Of a stretch of DNA of 64,000 nucleotides, positions 47,548-58,425 are shown piece after piece. The notes beneath the pieces were generated by a model. It was not told the origin of the DNA and searched no databases. It saw only the letters and a program-made list of their open reading frames with translations. Each line of letters opens with the position of its first letter. The stretch's first letter is position 1. Source of the DNA: Acidaminococcaceae bacterium UBA2453 (GTDB taxonomy: Bacteria > Bacillota > Negativicutes > Acidaminococcales > Acidaminococcaceae); contig DDQB01000108.1 in assembly GCA_002342505.1 (NCBI GenBank), positions 11,046-75,045 of the forward strand. Direction: 5' to 3'. Made by a program: the position numbers and the translations under genes.

Positions 47548-49506
47548 TCAGAACTGTCCGCCAAAGCTGAAGTGGAACCGGCTCCGCTGCTTTCCTTTAC
47601 CCCAGTCAAGCTTAATAGGTCCTAACGGGGAATTGATACGCAGGCCAATACCGTAACCAGACTGCATCAGATCAAGGTCAAAATTCCGCTGATCCCGTTT
47701 ATCCCATGCATAACCAATGTCATAGAATACAACGCCCTGTACCTTATTGCGGATAGGGAAACGATATTCCGCAGTACCGCGAAGCATGCTGTTACCTTTG
47801 AACTGATCGTCCCGGTACCCGCGGAGCGTATCCGCGCCGCCAACGGCAAACCGCTGGGACAGCGGCATATCGCCCCAGGCATAACCGGCAGCCAGATCAA
47901 AAGCCAGCACCCTGTTTCTCTGCATCGGGATGTAGTAGCGGTAATTCACACTGAGTTTTTCAAATTTAAAATCACCGCCCAGTCCGGCCCATTCAAAGGT
48001 CCAGGAATTTCGTTTACCGGCATGGGGATCAAACACATTGTCCCGGGAATCATAGACCCGGGAATAGGTAATGCTGTTGGTGGAACCGAAGTTTTCTTTT
48101 CGGCGTTCCCGATAATCAGGGTTTATGTTTTTCACGATACTCTTAGTTACATCATAATTCGGTTCATAGTACTGCGGCTCGTGTCCGGAAATTTTTTCCA
48201 CATACTTATCGTCGCGGTGCTTCAATGTTACATAATGCCGTACAAACTCTCCCTGGGGCCGGCCTAATGTGATCTCCTGCCCTCTGCGTTTCTTGTCGTA
48301 CCGGGCAATTTCATCGCCGTTACGGTCATAGTCCGCATATTCGTTGGTAAGGTCGTACAAAGTGATTCCCAACGAAGTTTCTTTTTTATCCAGCCAGGGT
48401 TTCCGGTACTGTAATTCATAGTTCCGGTTATCCTCGCCGCCAAATTCCCAGCGGAGCAAAATGCTGTCGCCGGTCCCGCGAAGGTTTTTATCCCCGACAG
48501 AGACCATGCCGATAAAACCGTCTGCATCGCTGTAGCCGGCGCCGATGCCAAAGGTACCCGTATTCATCTCTTTGACCGTGATCTCCATTTCCACCGCATT
48601 GGGTTCACGTCCGGGGTTCAGTTTCATATTGACGTCTTCGAAAAATCCCAGGTTCTGTATACGCTGTAAAGAACGACGGGCCAGGTTGGAATTAAAAGGT
48701 TCTCCCTTCTTCAGGCGAATCTCACGCAGGATAACTTTATCCTTCGTCTTCACATTTCCTTTCACTTTAAAGTCTTCAACGATGCCCTCATTGAATTTTA
48801 CATACAATATACCGCTGGGAGCAAGGTAAACATCCGTGATCCGGGCCAGGATATACCCATCCCTTCTGTACTGTTCTTCCACATACTGCAATTTACGCGT
48901 AGCTTCCCGGATATTCACCATCTTGCCCTTGCGCAGGTTTACAATACCCCGGATCTTATCCGTAGATATCTTTGTATTACCGGTTACATCCAGATGGTCA
49001 AAAATCGGATTTTCTGTCACATGATACGTCACCTGCACGCCTTCCGGCACAGTCTGGAATGTGGGATACAAATCGGAAAACCAGCCCATGGCATAAATGG
49101 ACTGCAGATCTCTTGTGATACCGGCTTCCGTCAGGGGAAGCCCCGGTTTGCTGGTTACCGCTTTCAGGATATCCGCTTCCGGAATTTCCTGATTTCCGGC
49201 TATACTGACTTTCGTAAGCGTTTTATTTAAGTAAGGCGCTAAGGCTTCCTGTTCTTCTGGAGACACCCGAAGATCACGGGCCGGCGTAGGCGTGCTTCTG
49301 GGAGGCAGATTCAGACGGTTCGGCGTCTGCCCCACATTGCTCTGCGGCTGGGGCGGTTTTTGATCCTGCTCCTTTTGGGTAACCGTTTTGCGCCTCATTC
49401 CAACCTGCTGCGACATGGTCGGAGTCGTTTCCGCAAATACAGGACTAACAGCAACCATAGCTGTCATAAGACCCATCACAATCTGCTTTGTTAAAGCATG
49501 TTCCAT
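47548..49506 (-). CDS. bamA: Omp85-family outer-membrane protein assembly factor (about 3 POTRA domains)
   Basis: POTRA motifs (GNVKTKDKVILRE, LGFFEDV), TLRGY, INSPLGPIKLDW, C-terminal FSFGGQF. Confidence 0.9.
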   Translation of the reverse strand: MEHALTKQIVMGLMTAMVAVSPVFAETTPTMSQQVGMRRKTVTQKEQDQKPPQPQSNVGQTPNRLNLPPRSTPTPARDLRVSPEEQEALAPYLNKTLTKVSIAGNQEIPEADILKAVTSKPGLPLTEAGITRDLQSIYAMGWFSDLYPTFQTVPEGVQVTYHVTENPIFDHLDVTGNTKISTDKIRGIVNLRKGKMVNIREATRKLQYVEEQYRRDGYILARITDVYLAPSGILYVKFNEGIVEDFKVKGNVKTKDKVILREIRLKKGEPFNSNLARRSLQRIQNLGFFEDVNMKLNPGREPNAVEMEITVKEMNTGTFGIGAGYSDADGFIGMVSVGDKNLRGTGDSILLRWEFGGEDNRNYELQYRKPWLDKKETSLGITLYDLTNEYADYDRNGDEIARYDKKRRGQEITLGRPQGEFVRHYVTLKHRDDKYVEKISGHEPQYYEPNYDVTKSIVKNINPDYRERRKENFGSTNSITYSRVYDSRDNVFDPHAGKRNSWTFEWAGLGGDFKFEKLSVNYRYYIPMQRNRVLAFDLAAGYAWGDMPLSQRFAVGGADTLRGYRDDQFKGNSMLRGTAEYRFPIRNKVQGVVFYDIGYAWDKRDQRNFDLDLMQSGYGIGLRINSPLGPIKLDWGKGKQRSRFHFSFGGQF

Positions 49507-49612
49507 AATATTAACAAACCTCCCTGATAGATGGTAGTTCAGACCATACATGACTAGTTTAAAAATTATATACACGCCTTACGGCAAGGTAACTTGACAA
49601 TATAACAAAAAC

Positions 49613-50158
49613 TTATCTAATATTCCCCAGCTCCTGTTTACCGGAACGGATCAGCTGGCGCATCTGTCTGGAAGACAGCTGTACACGGCCGCCTCCTGTT
49701 TGCCGATATCCGACACCGGATGAAGGAACAGCTTTCTGCATTACAGGTTCCTGTTGAACCATCTTTTCGTGTTTTGCAGCCATACCGGATTTTTTGACAG
49801 ACGGTTCTATAGCAGCTGCACGCGCCGGTTCCCGGATCTCCACCGCTTTGGGTTCCGCAGTCTCCGGCATAGCCTGCAAGCTGGCAGCGTTCGTCGTTTT
49901 CCCTCCATATGCAGAAGCCCACCACCAGCCTAACCCGCCGGCGGCCAGTACCAGAACCGCAAGACACAAGGCCAGAGCATGCCTTGTCCATGAAATCCAT
50001 CCTGTCCGCTTCTGCCGCAGGTTTTCCAGTTCAGCTTCCGCCAGCATCAGATCCAGTTCGCCACGGACATCCTGATTGCTGCGGAAACTTCGTTCCGCAT
50101 TATCCAGGCTGGCACGCACATTCCGGATGCGATTGCAGACAGACCGGCTCTGAGTCAT
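49613..50158 (-). CDS. Single-TM hypothetical protein
   Basis: Helical N-terminus (RGELDLMLAEAELE), one TM, low-complexity linker, C-terminal LSSRQMRQLIRSG helix; GGAGG RBS. Confidence 0.7.
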   Translation of the reverse strand: MTQSRSVCNRIRNVRASLDNAERSFRSNQDVRGELDLMLAEAELENLRQKRTGWISWTRHALALCLAVLVLAAGGLGWWWASAYGGKTTNAASLQAMPETAEPKAVEIREPARAAAIEPSVKKSGMAAKHEKMVQQEPVMQKAVPSSGVGYRQTGGGRVQLSSRQMRQLIRSGKQELGNIR

Positions 50159-50326
50159 AGAGTGCACCTCCAAACTTATCTATGATTATATATAATCTGA
50201 TGCAACTTGGCAAATCTTCTTTACAAAAAACTTCAAAAAATGCCATTTTCCTCATATTATTTTTCGTTTTCTTTCATTTTCAACTGAAATTTACTGATTA
50301 TCAAAAAATTTCATAATCCGGCGATC

Positions 50327-50959
50327 CTATTTCCGGAACTCGCTCATAAACCGGGACAACATTCCACGAATTCTCCGAACCCCCTGTTTTTCCAGGCGAT
50401 ATACATGATTGGTCGTTACATGGATATCCGCTGCCAAATCGGAAGGAGTTTTATTCTCCAGAAAAATTCCCTGCAGCACCTGTTTTTCTTTCTGGGGCAG
50501 CCGTTCCACCGCGCCTAACAGTCGCTCCGCTACCGCGCGGCGTTCCGCCACTTCTTCCGGCAGCAGCTGAAGAGACGGAACAGCATCCTGTAAAGTCCAC
50601 CCGTCTGCCATTTCTTTGTCCAGAGATATGTCGGCATGTGCAAATTCTCTTTTCAGAAAATCGCACATCTTTCCCCGGATACGGTGCAGGGCAAACAGGC
50701 TGAAGGCAACACCTCTCGTATAATCGTAATTTTCCGCAGCCTCCAGCAGCCCGACCGTTCCTTCCTGGATCAACTCCATGGTCACGTCTTCCGGCAAACG
50801 AAACTGGACTGCAGTCTTAAAAACCAGCGGCTGATAGGCGCCGATTAGTTTTTGATGAGCTGTTTCATTACCTCCCGCTTCCTGTTCCCAGAGTTTCCTT
50901 TCTTCCTCCGGGGAAAGCATCTTTATCTTTTTCAGTTCTTCCAAATACTGTCGCAGCAT
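50327..50959 (-). CDS. Sigma-70 family alternative sigma factor
   Basis: Region 1.2 (YLEELKKIKMLSPEEE), region 2 (LIQEGTVGLLEAAENYDYTRGVAFS), region 4 HTH (VYRLEKQGVRRIR). Confidence 0.9.
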   Translation of the reverse strand: MLRQYLEELKKIKMLSPEEERKLWEQEAGGNETAHQKLIGAYQPLVFKTAVQFRLPEDVTMELIQEGTVGLLEAAENYDYTRGVAFSLFALHRIRGKMCDFLKREFAHADISLDKEMADGWTLQDAVPSLQLLPEEVAERRAVAERLLGAVERLPQKEKQVLQGIFLENKTPSDLAADIHVTTNHVYRLEKQGVRRIRGMLSRFMSEFRK

Positions 50960-50974
50960 AACGCTTCCTCCGAC

Positions 50975-53900
50975 TCAGAATGTAATACGGTATTCCACGC
51001 TGTACCGTCTGTCATGGTTTTCATCCTGTGAAAGTGTAAGATTCATGTGTTCTGTTAACTGATACTGAGTGTAAACATTATAATGCATGCCGTTAAAACT
51101 TTGCGTATAGCCCACTTTCCAACGTTCAGTCAGGTTCTTGGCAATCAGGAAATTATACTGTTCCTTTTCGTCCGGAGACAGTTCCCGAACGATCCGGTTG
51201 TCAAAATCGACTCCGTTTTCAACCTTCCCGACATATAAGCGGAAATCATCAATTCCCAGCGCCTTCCGGATAGTCTGTTCCACGCCTCCCAGCAGGCCTG
51301 TCTCCAGCCCTGCAATCAGCAGATTGTGCATATCTTCATTCGTAATATCGTCACTGCCCGCCGTAGAGCGCTGCAATGTCAGCATGCGCACGATTTCGTT
51401 CTGGGACAGAGGCGGGTCAGAACGTAACACAAAATTCAGATTGTCCCGGCTCAGAGGTCCGTCAAGCTGCAATGCAATTCGGTACCGGCTGAATCTCGTA
51501 TTGGCATTCAGACGGACAGAAGGAAGGAAGGTTCCCCGTTCCGACCAGCGCACAGCCCCTTTCTCTACCTTGAACCGTGTCCGAAGATACGTTATCGTTC
51601 CCTTTGTCGTTTCTATCCCCCCATCGATCCTTGGAAACACGGTGCTTCCCTGTGCGTGCACACTTCCCTTCAGCCACAGATCATACAAGTATTTATTATA
51701 CAGATGAACTTTTGGTCCCAGCGTGACCGACACATCCATCCCCAGGTTGCTATTTCCTTCTCCCAAGGAAGGAATCGTCGGCATATTTACAAGCACGTCG
51801 TCCAACCTGAAATCTGCGGTCACCTTTGGCCTCCATCCTTCCGCTATGCCGGAGGTCGGCGGCTTAGCCGTCTCAGCGCCGCTTTCATCCTGTTTCTCTA
51901 ACAAATGCCTGGGAATCCTATAATGTTCTGGCGCCAGACTGAACGTTCCATTAATCCGTCCTTTAAAAATCGAAGAATCGATTTCTGCGTTTTGAGCCTT
52001 GCCGTTAAACAGATACGCCTTGTCTTCATTTGCTTTCAGGTCATAGGTGCCGCTGCCTTCCAGCGTACCCTTGCCAAGCATAGCGGCAGCCTTCTCCACA
52101 CGGACCTGGGTTCCCTGAAATACGACGCGCAGATTCACCTTATCCAGCAGTGAATATACGCCAGCCAGCTTCAGACATCCATCTGCAACTTCAAGATTGC
52201 CGAACATCTGCGGATTGTCCAGAGTTCCTGCCAATCGCAGCGTTCCCCGCGTATCCCCCAGCCCCCAGTCTATAGAGGGCAATGTGCCCAAAACTGCCAG
52301 ACTGGCATGATTAAAATCAGCCAAAATATCCATCTGCGCATCCGGATTCTTTCTATGCTCTTTTGTCCGGAACAAATCCATAGGAATCCTGCCGCTGGCA
52401 GACAAATAATATGCATCTCTGTCGATCTTTAAACGGTTCAGCGTAAGTATATCACGATCAAGTGTAACTTCTGCAACGCCACGGTCAAAGGCCACATCTT
52501 CAAAATTACCTTCAGTCAGCTCCAGCGTTCCCTGTCCCTTGGGAGCATCCAAAGCACCTTCTAAATGAGCCGTCATATTCAGAGCGCCGGCCAGGGAAGC
52601 AGGTTTCTCCATAAAGGCTGTAATGATCGCGGGGTTCGCATCATTGGCAAGCGCATCTATATTCAGCGTGCGGTTTTTTAAATCAACCATTCCCCGTAAA
52701 GAAATAACGCCTTCCTCACGGAATGTCCTGTCTTCCTGTAATTTTATATTGTCGATTGTAAGAACACCCTTGTTTAATCTGGCTTTTAATGCCATCTGGT
52801 CATATTTGACGCCATTGATATCCAGCTTATATCCCCAGAAATCCGCAACCGTACCTTTTCCCCGCCCGTTAAATTCCAGCGTACCGGCAGCAAGTCCTTT
52901 TACCGGGAAATCAATCCGCGCCATCTTCAGGATATTCTGCAGATCCCCATACATGATTCCCATCCGGCCGCGCAGATCCTTTTGCGGAACATTCAGGGCC
53001 ATATCGATCATATAAGCAGAAGTCAGGCCGTCTGTGTTTTCCTGTTCACAGGAACCTTTCAGCGAATTAATTTCCTCTCCGTTACTGACCAGCATACCCG
53101 TCAAATTTTTAACAGGCACACCGTTAACATTAAACTCCTCGCTGGTCACACGTCCGCTGAAAAGCGGTTTTTCCAGCGTTCCTCCCAGATGCCCTACCGC
53201 AGAAGCGTAACCGGACAGTGTTACATCTTCCTCCTGAATTGGCAAACGGCTCAGATCCACATTGGCAGCATCTGCCTGAAAATCCAGATTATGGTTCTCA
53301 TCCATCTCTCCATGCAGCTTCAATGTAGTAGAAAGCGCTTTGACCAAAATATTCTGTAATGTCAGGCTGCCCCTGTGATACAGATATCCGCCGGTAGCCG
53401 AATCTACAAGATATCCTTTCACGCTGCCGTCTGACATGTCAATCGTTCCTTTTACACTGATATCAGACAATGGACCTGTCACCAACATATGATTTGTCAG
53501 GTTGCCCGTAACCGACACAGAATCTTTCAACCCTGCTGCCGTAACCAACGGCTCAATGCGTACCCGTTCCGTATCAAGCGCAAGATCAAACACCGGCTCG
53601 CTGCCTCGCAGATCAATGGACCCTTTCGCCACATGAGTTCCCTGATCCATAGTTAACTGAAACGCATCTAATTGCACAATATTATCCTGAACCGTTACAA
53701 GACCGTGCCCATCTTCCAGAATAAAGTCTTTCCAGACCGCCTGCTTCAACTGAACCGGTCCTTCAAAAGCAACATTTGTTCCCTGTCCGGACAGCCGGAA
53801 CGATGAAGAAAACTGCCCGCTGCCTTCCTGCCCCGCTGCTGCCAATACCGGCGCGATTGGCATCCCTGCCATTCTACCTTTCAGATTATAGGAGCCATCA

Positions 53901-55285
53901 AACCCAATTTTTCCGGAAGCCTGCATAGCGCCGTTTCCGGCAAATGCGGAAAATGTACGGATATCAGCGCCCGTATTATCCAGCGCTGCGTCAAAGTCCA
54001 TCACATGAAAGAGCATGTCCCGCCATTTCAAATTCATGGTATTGGCAGCCACATCCATATTGAAATTTCCCTTTTCCTGATTATAGGTTCCGCTGCCGGC
54101 CAGGGCTGCGTTCAACAGAAATGTTTCCCCATTTACAGATTCGCCCGACAGCGTAACATTTTTAATATCCGTTTCCGCAACGATCTTACCGGAATCCATT
54201 TCATAGACTCCCTGACCAGTAACAGCTCCGCAGCGATATGTTGCATGAAGCAGATTCACAGCTGCTTTTCTGTCATGCAGAACGGCTTCTGCTTTCAGAT
54301 CTGTAACCGTTTCTCCGGCATAGGATACCTTATCAGAACGCAGAGAAAGATGCCCCGCCGGATTATCCAGATCCCTGATATCCACCGTACCGGACAATAC
54401 TGCTTTCTGTTCATTAAGACTGACCAGCAGTTCCCGAACTGAAATGGCATTTCCCGATGAAGATACCCCCCCGGTAATGTGGAACGGAACACCCAGGTCG
54501 CCGTTCTGGTAAATCCCTCTCACATCCTGCAGGTCGCACGTTCCCCGCAGTATCGTATCTTTGCCGTCATTATTCCATTCCCCTTCTATATCTGCAACCT
54601 GTCCGGCTGCATTCCTGACCTGCCCGTATCGCAGGGCAAGCGGTCCGTAAGGCGCCAGATCCACACGGGAAGATTTCATTACAATCTTCCCTATTCCTTT
54701 ATTATCAATGCTGCCAATAACGCGGGCCGTTTCCATTCCGGGAGCGTCCACAGTAAAGTTTAGGTCAAAGGCAGGATTATAGCTTCCATCCACTGAACCA
54801 TTAACACTGTATTTCCAGGTTCCCTCCGGTAATTCAGCGATTACCGTTCCCTCTTTTACTACAGCCTTTCCGTAAAAAGGAGTTGTATCCGATTTTGATG
54901 GTTTTAGCAGACTATTAAAATTCCAAGTCTCATCTTTATTCTGACGAATGTAGAGAATCGGCTTACGCAGTTCAATCCCGGAGATTGTCTTTTCTACGCC
55001 GGAAAATACTTTCAACGGATTGAGAGAAATACGGGTCTCTGGCAGCAGCGCAACTGTCTTCTGTTTGCTGTCTTTAATTTCAATATCTTTTATAAGCAAC
55101 TCGCTGATTCCGGATTTAGAAACATTGCCAATGGTAACAGATCCATTGATAAAATCAGTCGCTGTCTTTTCTACATAAGGAACAGCCTGATCCAATACAG
55201 CAGGAAGCACTAATTGCGTAATACCTGCAAAAAGGACGCAGAGACCAACGGCCATACCAAGAATCCATTTTGTAAGCCGATTCAT
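50975..55285 (-). CDS. tamB: TamB/AsmA-like translocation-assembly protein
   Basis: N-terminal TM, ~1300 aa of beta-taco repeats, DUF490-like LRSDPPLSQNEIVRML, C-terminal beta strands. Confidence 0.85.
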   Translation of the reverse strand: MNRLTKWILGMAVGLCVLFAGITQLVLPAVLDQAVPYVEKTATDFINGSVTIGNVSKSGISELLIKDIEIKDSKQKTVALLPETRISLNPLKVFSGVEKTISGIELRKPILYIRQNKDETWNFNSLLKPSKSDTTPFYGKAVVKEGTVIAELPEGTWKYSVNGSVDGSYNPAFDLNFTVDAPGMETARVIGSIDNKGIGKIVMKSSRVDLAPYGPLALRYGQVRNAAGQVADIEGEWNNDGKDTILRGTCDLQDVRGIYQNGDLGVPFHITGGVSSSGNAISVRELLVSLNEQKAVLSGTVDIRDLDNPAGHLSLRSDKVSYAGETVTDLKAEAVLHDRKAAVNLLHATYRCGAVTGQGVYEMDSGKIVAETDIKNVTLSGESVNGETFLLNAALAGSGTYNQEKGNFNMDVAANTMNLKWRDMLFHVMDFDAALDNTGADIRTFSAFAGNGAMQASGKIGFDGSYNLKGRMAGMPIAPVLAAAGQEGSGQFSSSFRLSGQGTNVAFEGPVQLKQAVWKDFILEDGHGLVTVQDNIVQLDAFQLTMDQGTHVAKGSIDLRGSEPVFDLALDTERVRIEPLVTAAGLKDSVSVTGNLTNHMLVTGPLSDISVKGTIDMSDGSVKGYLVDSATGGYLYHRGSLTLQNILVKALSTTLKLHGEMDENHNLDFQADAANVDLSRLPIQEEDVTLSGYASAVGHLGGTLEKPLFSGRVTSEEFNVNGVPVKNLTGMLVSNGEEINSLKGSCEQENTDGLTSAYMIDMALNVPQKDLRGRMGIMYGDLQNILKMARIDFPVKGLAAGTLEFNGRGKGTVADFWGYKLDINGVKYDQMALKARLNKGVLTIDNIKLQEDRTFREEGVISLRGMVDLKNRTLNIDALANDANPAIITAFMEKPASLAGALNMTAHLEGALDAPKGQGTLELTEGNFEDVAFDRGVAEVTLDRDILTLNRLKIDRDAYYLSASGRIPMDLFRTKEHRKNPDAQMDILADFNHASLAVLGTLPSIDWGLGDTRGTLRLAGTLDNPQMFGNLEVADGCLKLAGVYSLLDKVNLRVVFQGTQVRVEKAAAMLGKGTLEGSGTYDLKANEDKAYLFNGKAQNAEIDSSIFKGRINGTFSLAPEHYRIPRHLLEKQDESGAETAKPPTSGIAEGWRPKVTADFRLDDVLVNMPTIPSLGEGNSNLGMDVSVTLGPKVHLYNKYLYDLWLKGSVHAQGSTVFPRIDGGIETTKGTITYLRTRFKVEKGAVRWSERGTFLPSVRLNANTRFSRYRIALQLDGPLSRDNLNFVLRSDPPLSQNEIVRMLTLQRSTAGSDDITNEDMHNLLIAGLETGLLGGVEQTIRKALGIDDFRLYVGKVENGVDFDNRIVRELSPDEKEQYNFLIAKNLTERWKVGYTQSFNGMHYNVYTQYQLTEHMNLTLSQDENHDRRYSVEYRITF

Positions 55286-55442
55286 TTCCGCACCCTCCAT
55301 TCCTAAAAATATTAATACTACCCCATATTATTTAATTATAGCAGAAACAATGCAGAAATTCAGCATTTTTTGTATCATTTCTGTAAATTTTTATTATTAA
55401 TGAAACAATCTCCGGCCACAAAACATCTAGTGATTTGAATCT

Positions 55443-55484
55443 AAAAAAATAAAGTGGACTCTGCCGTTGCAAAGTCCACTTTAT
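55443..55484 (-). terminator. Terminator after tolC
   Basis: ataaagtggact...agtccactttat-TTTTTT. Confidence 0.8.
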
Positions 55485-55539
55485 ATAACCGTTAATATTT
55501 AACATTCAAAATGCATCGTTATGAACGTTTACCGATTTT

Positions 55540-57027
55540 CTATTTCGCTTTTTTCTCTGCCTTTTCAGCAGATGCCGCTGCTTTGCGGCGCTCCGCACGG
55601 GCTTTTTCCAATGCTTTTACCGTCTCTTTCAAAGTCTTTTCAGACTCTGTTTTTTCCGCAGCCGAATTGTACACGGCCTTTGTCGCTTTATAGCGTTCAC
55701 CATAGGTCATGTATTTATAATCTTCCGGACGGGCTTCGATACCCATAGCCGTCTGGAGAGCAGCTTTGGAAGTATTGTAATCATACAGCGCTGTATTGAA
55801 ATTATTTCGGGCCGTAGTAAGTGCAACCTGTGCATCCAGTACATCCGTATTTGTCCCGACACCGGCCTCATACCGTACCTGGGCAATATGGTAATCTTCT
55901 TCCGCTTTGGCTACGGCTACCTGAGTAGTAGAGATACGTTTTTCAGATTCACGAAGGTTGAAGTAACAATTCCGGACATCCAGCTGCACATTATCCGTAT
56001 CCTGACGATATGTTTCCTTTGCTGTCATCAGATTTGCTTTTGCAGCAGACACGTTAGACTTGGTAATACCACTGTCAAACAACGTCATGTTGACACTAAT
56101 ACCCGCAGACCATCTTGAATTTTTATCGCCAGGCCAGTTGCCATCTGCCCAATTATTGGAAAGACTGCCACCGACAGAAGGCGTCCAGTCAGCTTTTGCG
56201 CCATTCAGCGCAGCTTCGGCCGCTTTTACCTGCAAGGCGCTCTGCTGCAAATCCAACCGGTGCAGCATGGCATAATTAATGCAGTTGGGAAGCGTCTCAG
56301 TATAAATTGTATATCCCAGTTCTTCCACCGGATTCAGCTTCGTATCATGAGGAATCCCCATAATATTATTCAATCTGGCTTCCGCAATATCATGCCCGTT
56401 TTCCGCTTTGATCAGAGACTGCTGAGCAGAAGTCAGTTCCACCTCGCTTCGCAACAGGTCTACTTTAGCCACCACGCCTACTTCATATTGTGCCTTTACA
56501 TTTTTCAGGTGATCTTCCAAAGCAGCAACAGACTGTTGGCATACCTTCTCTGCATCAATAGCTGCCAACAAAGCATAATAAGCATCAGTCACGGATTGCT
56601 TTAAACGGATAAAAGCCAGCTCTTCTCCCAATACACTGCTCTGATATCCTGCTTTCGCCTGTTTTTCAGCAGCAATTAATCCGAGATTAAAAATTGGCAT
56701 ACTCAGCGCTGTTGAGTTTGAGAAACTATTTCCAATCTGATTTTGATATCTTGCATTAAGCTCATCATCCCAATATCGGCTACGTCCAAAGCTATGAGAA
56801 AATGTCACCTTCGGGCCAAAGCTTTCCCGGGCTGCGTTATATCTCGCTCTCGAAGCATCTAAACTGTATTCCGCTTTCTTTATATCTGCATGGTTGGCAA
56901 AAGCCTTATCAATCGCCGTCTGCAGATCGATAGGCAACGCGTCCTGCGCAAATGCCGCCGGCGCCAGCAAAGCAGTAAACAACGCACTCAGCAGGGCCGT
57001 GCGCACAGCATTCTTTTTCTTAGCCAT
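55540..57027 (-). CDS. TolC-family outer-membrane channel
   Basis: Duplicated OEP motifs YEVGVVAKVDLL and YEAGVGTNTDVLDAQ; charged C-terminal tail. Confidence 0.9.
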   Translation of the reverse strand: MAKKKNAVRTALLSALFTALLAPAAFAQDALPIDLQTAIDKAFANHADIKKAEYSLDASRARYNAARESFGPKVTFSHSFGRSRYWDDELNARYQNQIGNSFSNSTALSMPIFNLGLIAAEKQAKAGYQSSVLGEELAFIRLKQSVTDAYYALLAAIDAEKVCQQSVAALEDHLKNVKAQYEVGVVAKVDLLRSEVELTSAQQSLIKAENGHDIAEARLNNIMGIPHDTKLNPVEELGYTIYTETLPNCINYAMLHRLDLQQSALQVKAAEAALNGAKADWTPSVGGSLSNNWADGNWPGDKNSRWSAGISVNMTLFDSGITKSNVSAAKANLMTAKETYRQDTDNVQLDVRNCYFNLRESEKRISTTQVAVAKAEEDYHIAQVRYEAGVGTNTDVLDAQVALTTARNNFNTALYDYNTSKAALQTAMGIEARPEDYKYMTYGERYKATKAVYNSAAEKTESEKTLKETVKALEKARAERRKAAASAEKAEKKAK

Positions 57028-57144
57028 TTCCAATCCCTCCATTTTCTGACTGACGAGTCAGTAGACTCATTATATATGCTTTCTGGTCAAAAAGTCAAGC
57101 TGTTATGCGATATAAATAATCAAACAAAACTTTCTTTTTGCCTA

Positions 57145-58425
57145 TTAGAAATAGATTCTCGCACCCAGATACAGATCCCGCCTGCTTCCATGCAACACGT
57201 CGAGACTTTCGCCTACCACAAAGATATCTTTCCGGATCATATACTCTCCGCCCAACCGAAGTTTTGCATCGCTGAAATCATAGAGCTGGGAATAGATACG
57301 GAACCGGTCGCTGATATCATACCCCAGCCCGATACCGGCTTTTCCCTGCATAGCGCCGGCGCTGACATTAAGACGTTTAAACCGTTTACCGAAATACAGA
57401 TCCAGTTTCGTATCGTCGCCGATACTGGACACGCCCAGATACCCAAACGTTCCCTTTTTTTCTTTTTCAAACTGCAGGCCAAAGTTACTGCGCCATTGCC
57501 CGCCCTTGGCAGAATGAAATACATCCGCATGGGGCTTGACCTTCATTCCGTCGCCAAGCCCAAGAATCTTATTGGCCCGCTCCGTCACGCCCCTGGCGTT
57601 ATGAATTGTCGCTTTCAGATCTTCTTTTGTCTGCGGGTCTTTCGCAACATCAGCCAGCGTATTGGTTATAACTTCCAGATTTTTGCTCGTAACAGCCAGA
57701 TTCTGCGCCATAACAGCCACATTTTTACCTGTCTGCCCATTTGCGTCTACGCCCTCCATCAGGCTTTCCAGATGTCCCATGGCTTTGTTCATGCGTACGC
57801 TCATCTGGTTAAACTGGGAAACCATATTTTTCAGTTCTGCCTGGTTTTCCTTGGCAGAATCCGCCATCACTTTAGTAAATTTATTTAGATTATTGCTGAT
57901 ATCTCTGGCATTGATGAAGCCGTCCCGCATGGATTTTTGGACTTCCTTGTCCCCAAATACATTATTAAGAGCATCGGCAATGCCTTCCACTTTTTCCAGC
58001 ACTTTTCCGGATTGCGCCAGAAACTCATTCAGATCCCCGGAAGAATTCCCTGTCAGAGTACTGCCCGGTTTCAAATACACCCCGCTGTACTTTTGCGGAG
58101 CCCGGATATCTACAAATTTCTCTCCCATAACGCCGTCAGAACCGATGGAGAATTCTGCTTCCTGCGGAATCTGGATGCCCTTATTTACATGCATAGTAAC
58201 GACAACCTGATCCGGTTCCACCCGCGCTTTCTTTACCGTTCCTACGGGAACGCCGGCATAGCGAACTGAGCTTCCTTCCTGCAATCCGTTTACAGAAGGA
58301 TAGGCCACATGCAGATCATAGCCGCCGTCAAACAGCTTAAAAGCTCCCAGAAAGCTGATCATACCTGCTAAAATGACCGCGCCTCCAAGAGTCAGCGCCC
58401 CGACTTTTGTTTCACTTGCGTTCAT
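57145..58425 (-). CDS. mlaD: MlaD/MCE protein with long helical region and C-terminal beta-barrel
   Basis: N-terminal TM, MCE GLQEGSSVRYAGVPVGTV and GVMGEKFVDI, helical stalk, terminal YLGARIYF. Confidence 0.88.
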   Translation of the reverse strand: MNASETKVGALTLGGAVILAGMISFLGAFKLFDGGYDLHVAYPSVNGLQEGSSVRYAGVPVGTVKKARVEPDQVVVTMHVNKGIQIPQEAEFSIGSDGVMGEKFVDIRAPQKYSGVYLKPGSTLTGNSSGDLNEFLAQSGKVLEKVEGIADALNNVFGDKEVQKSMRDGFINARDISNNLNKFTKVMADSAKENQAELKNMVSQFNQMSVRMNKAMGHLESLMEGVDANGQTGKNVAVMAQNLAVTSKNLEVITNTLADVAKDPQTKEDLKATIHNARGVTERANKILGLGDGMKVKPHADVFHSAKGGQWRSNFGLQFEKEKKGTFGYLGVSSIGDDTKLDLYFGKRFKRLNVSAGAMQGKAGIGLGYDISDRFRIYSQLYDFSDAKLRLGGEYMIRKDIFVVGESLDVLHGSRRDLYLGARIYF

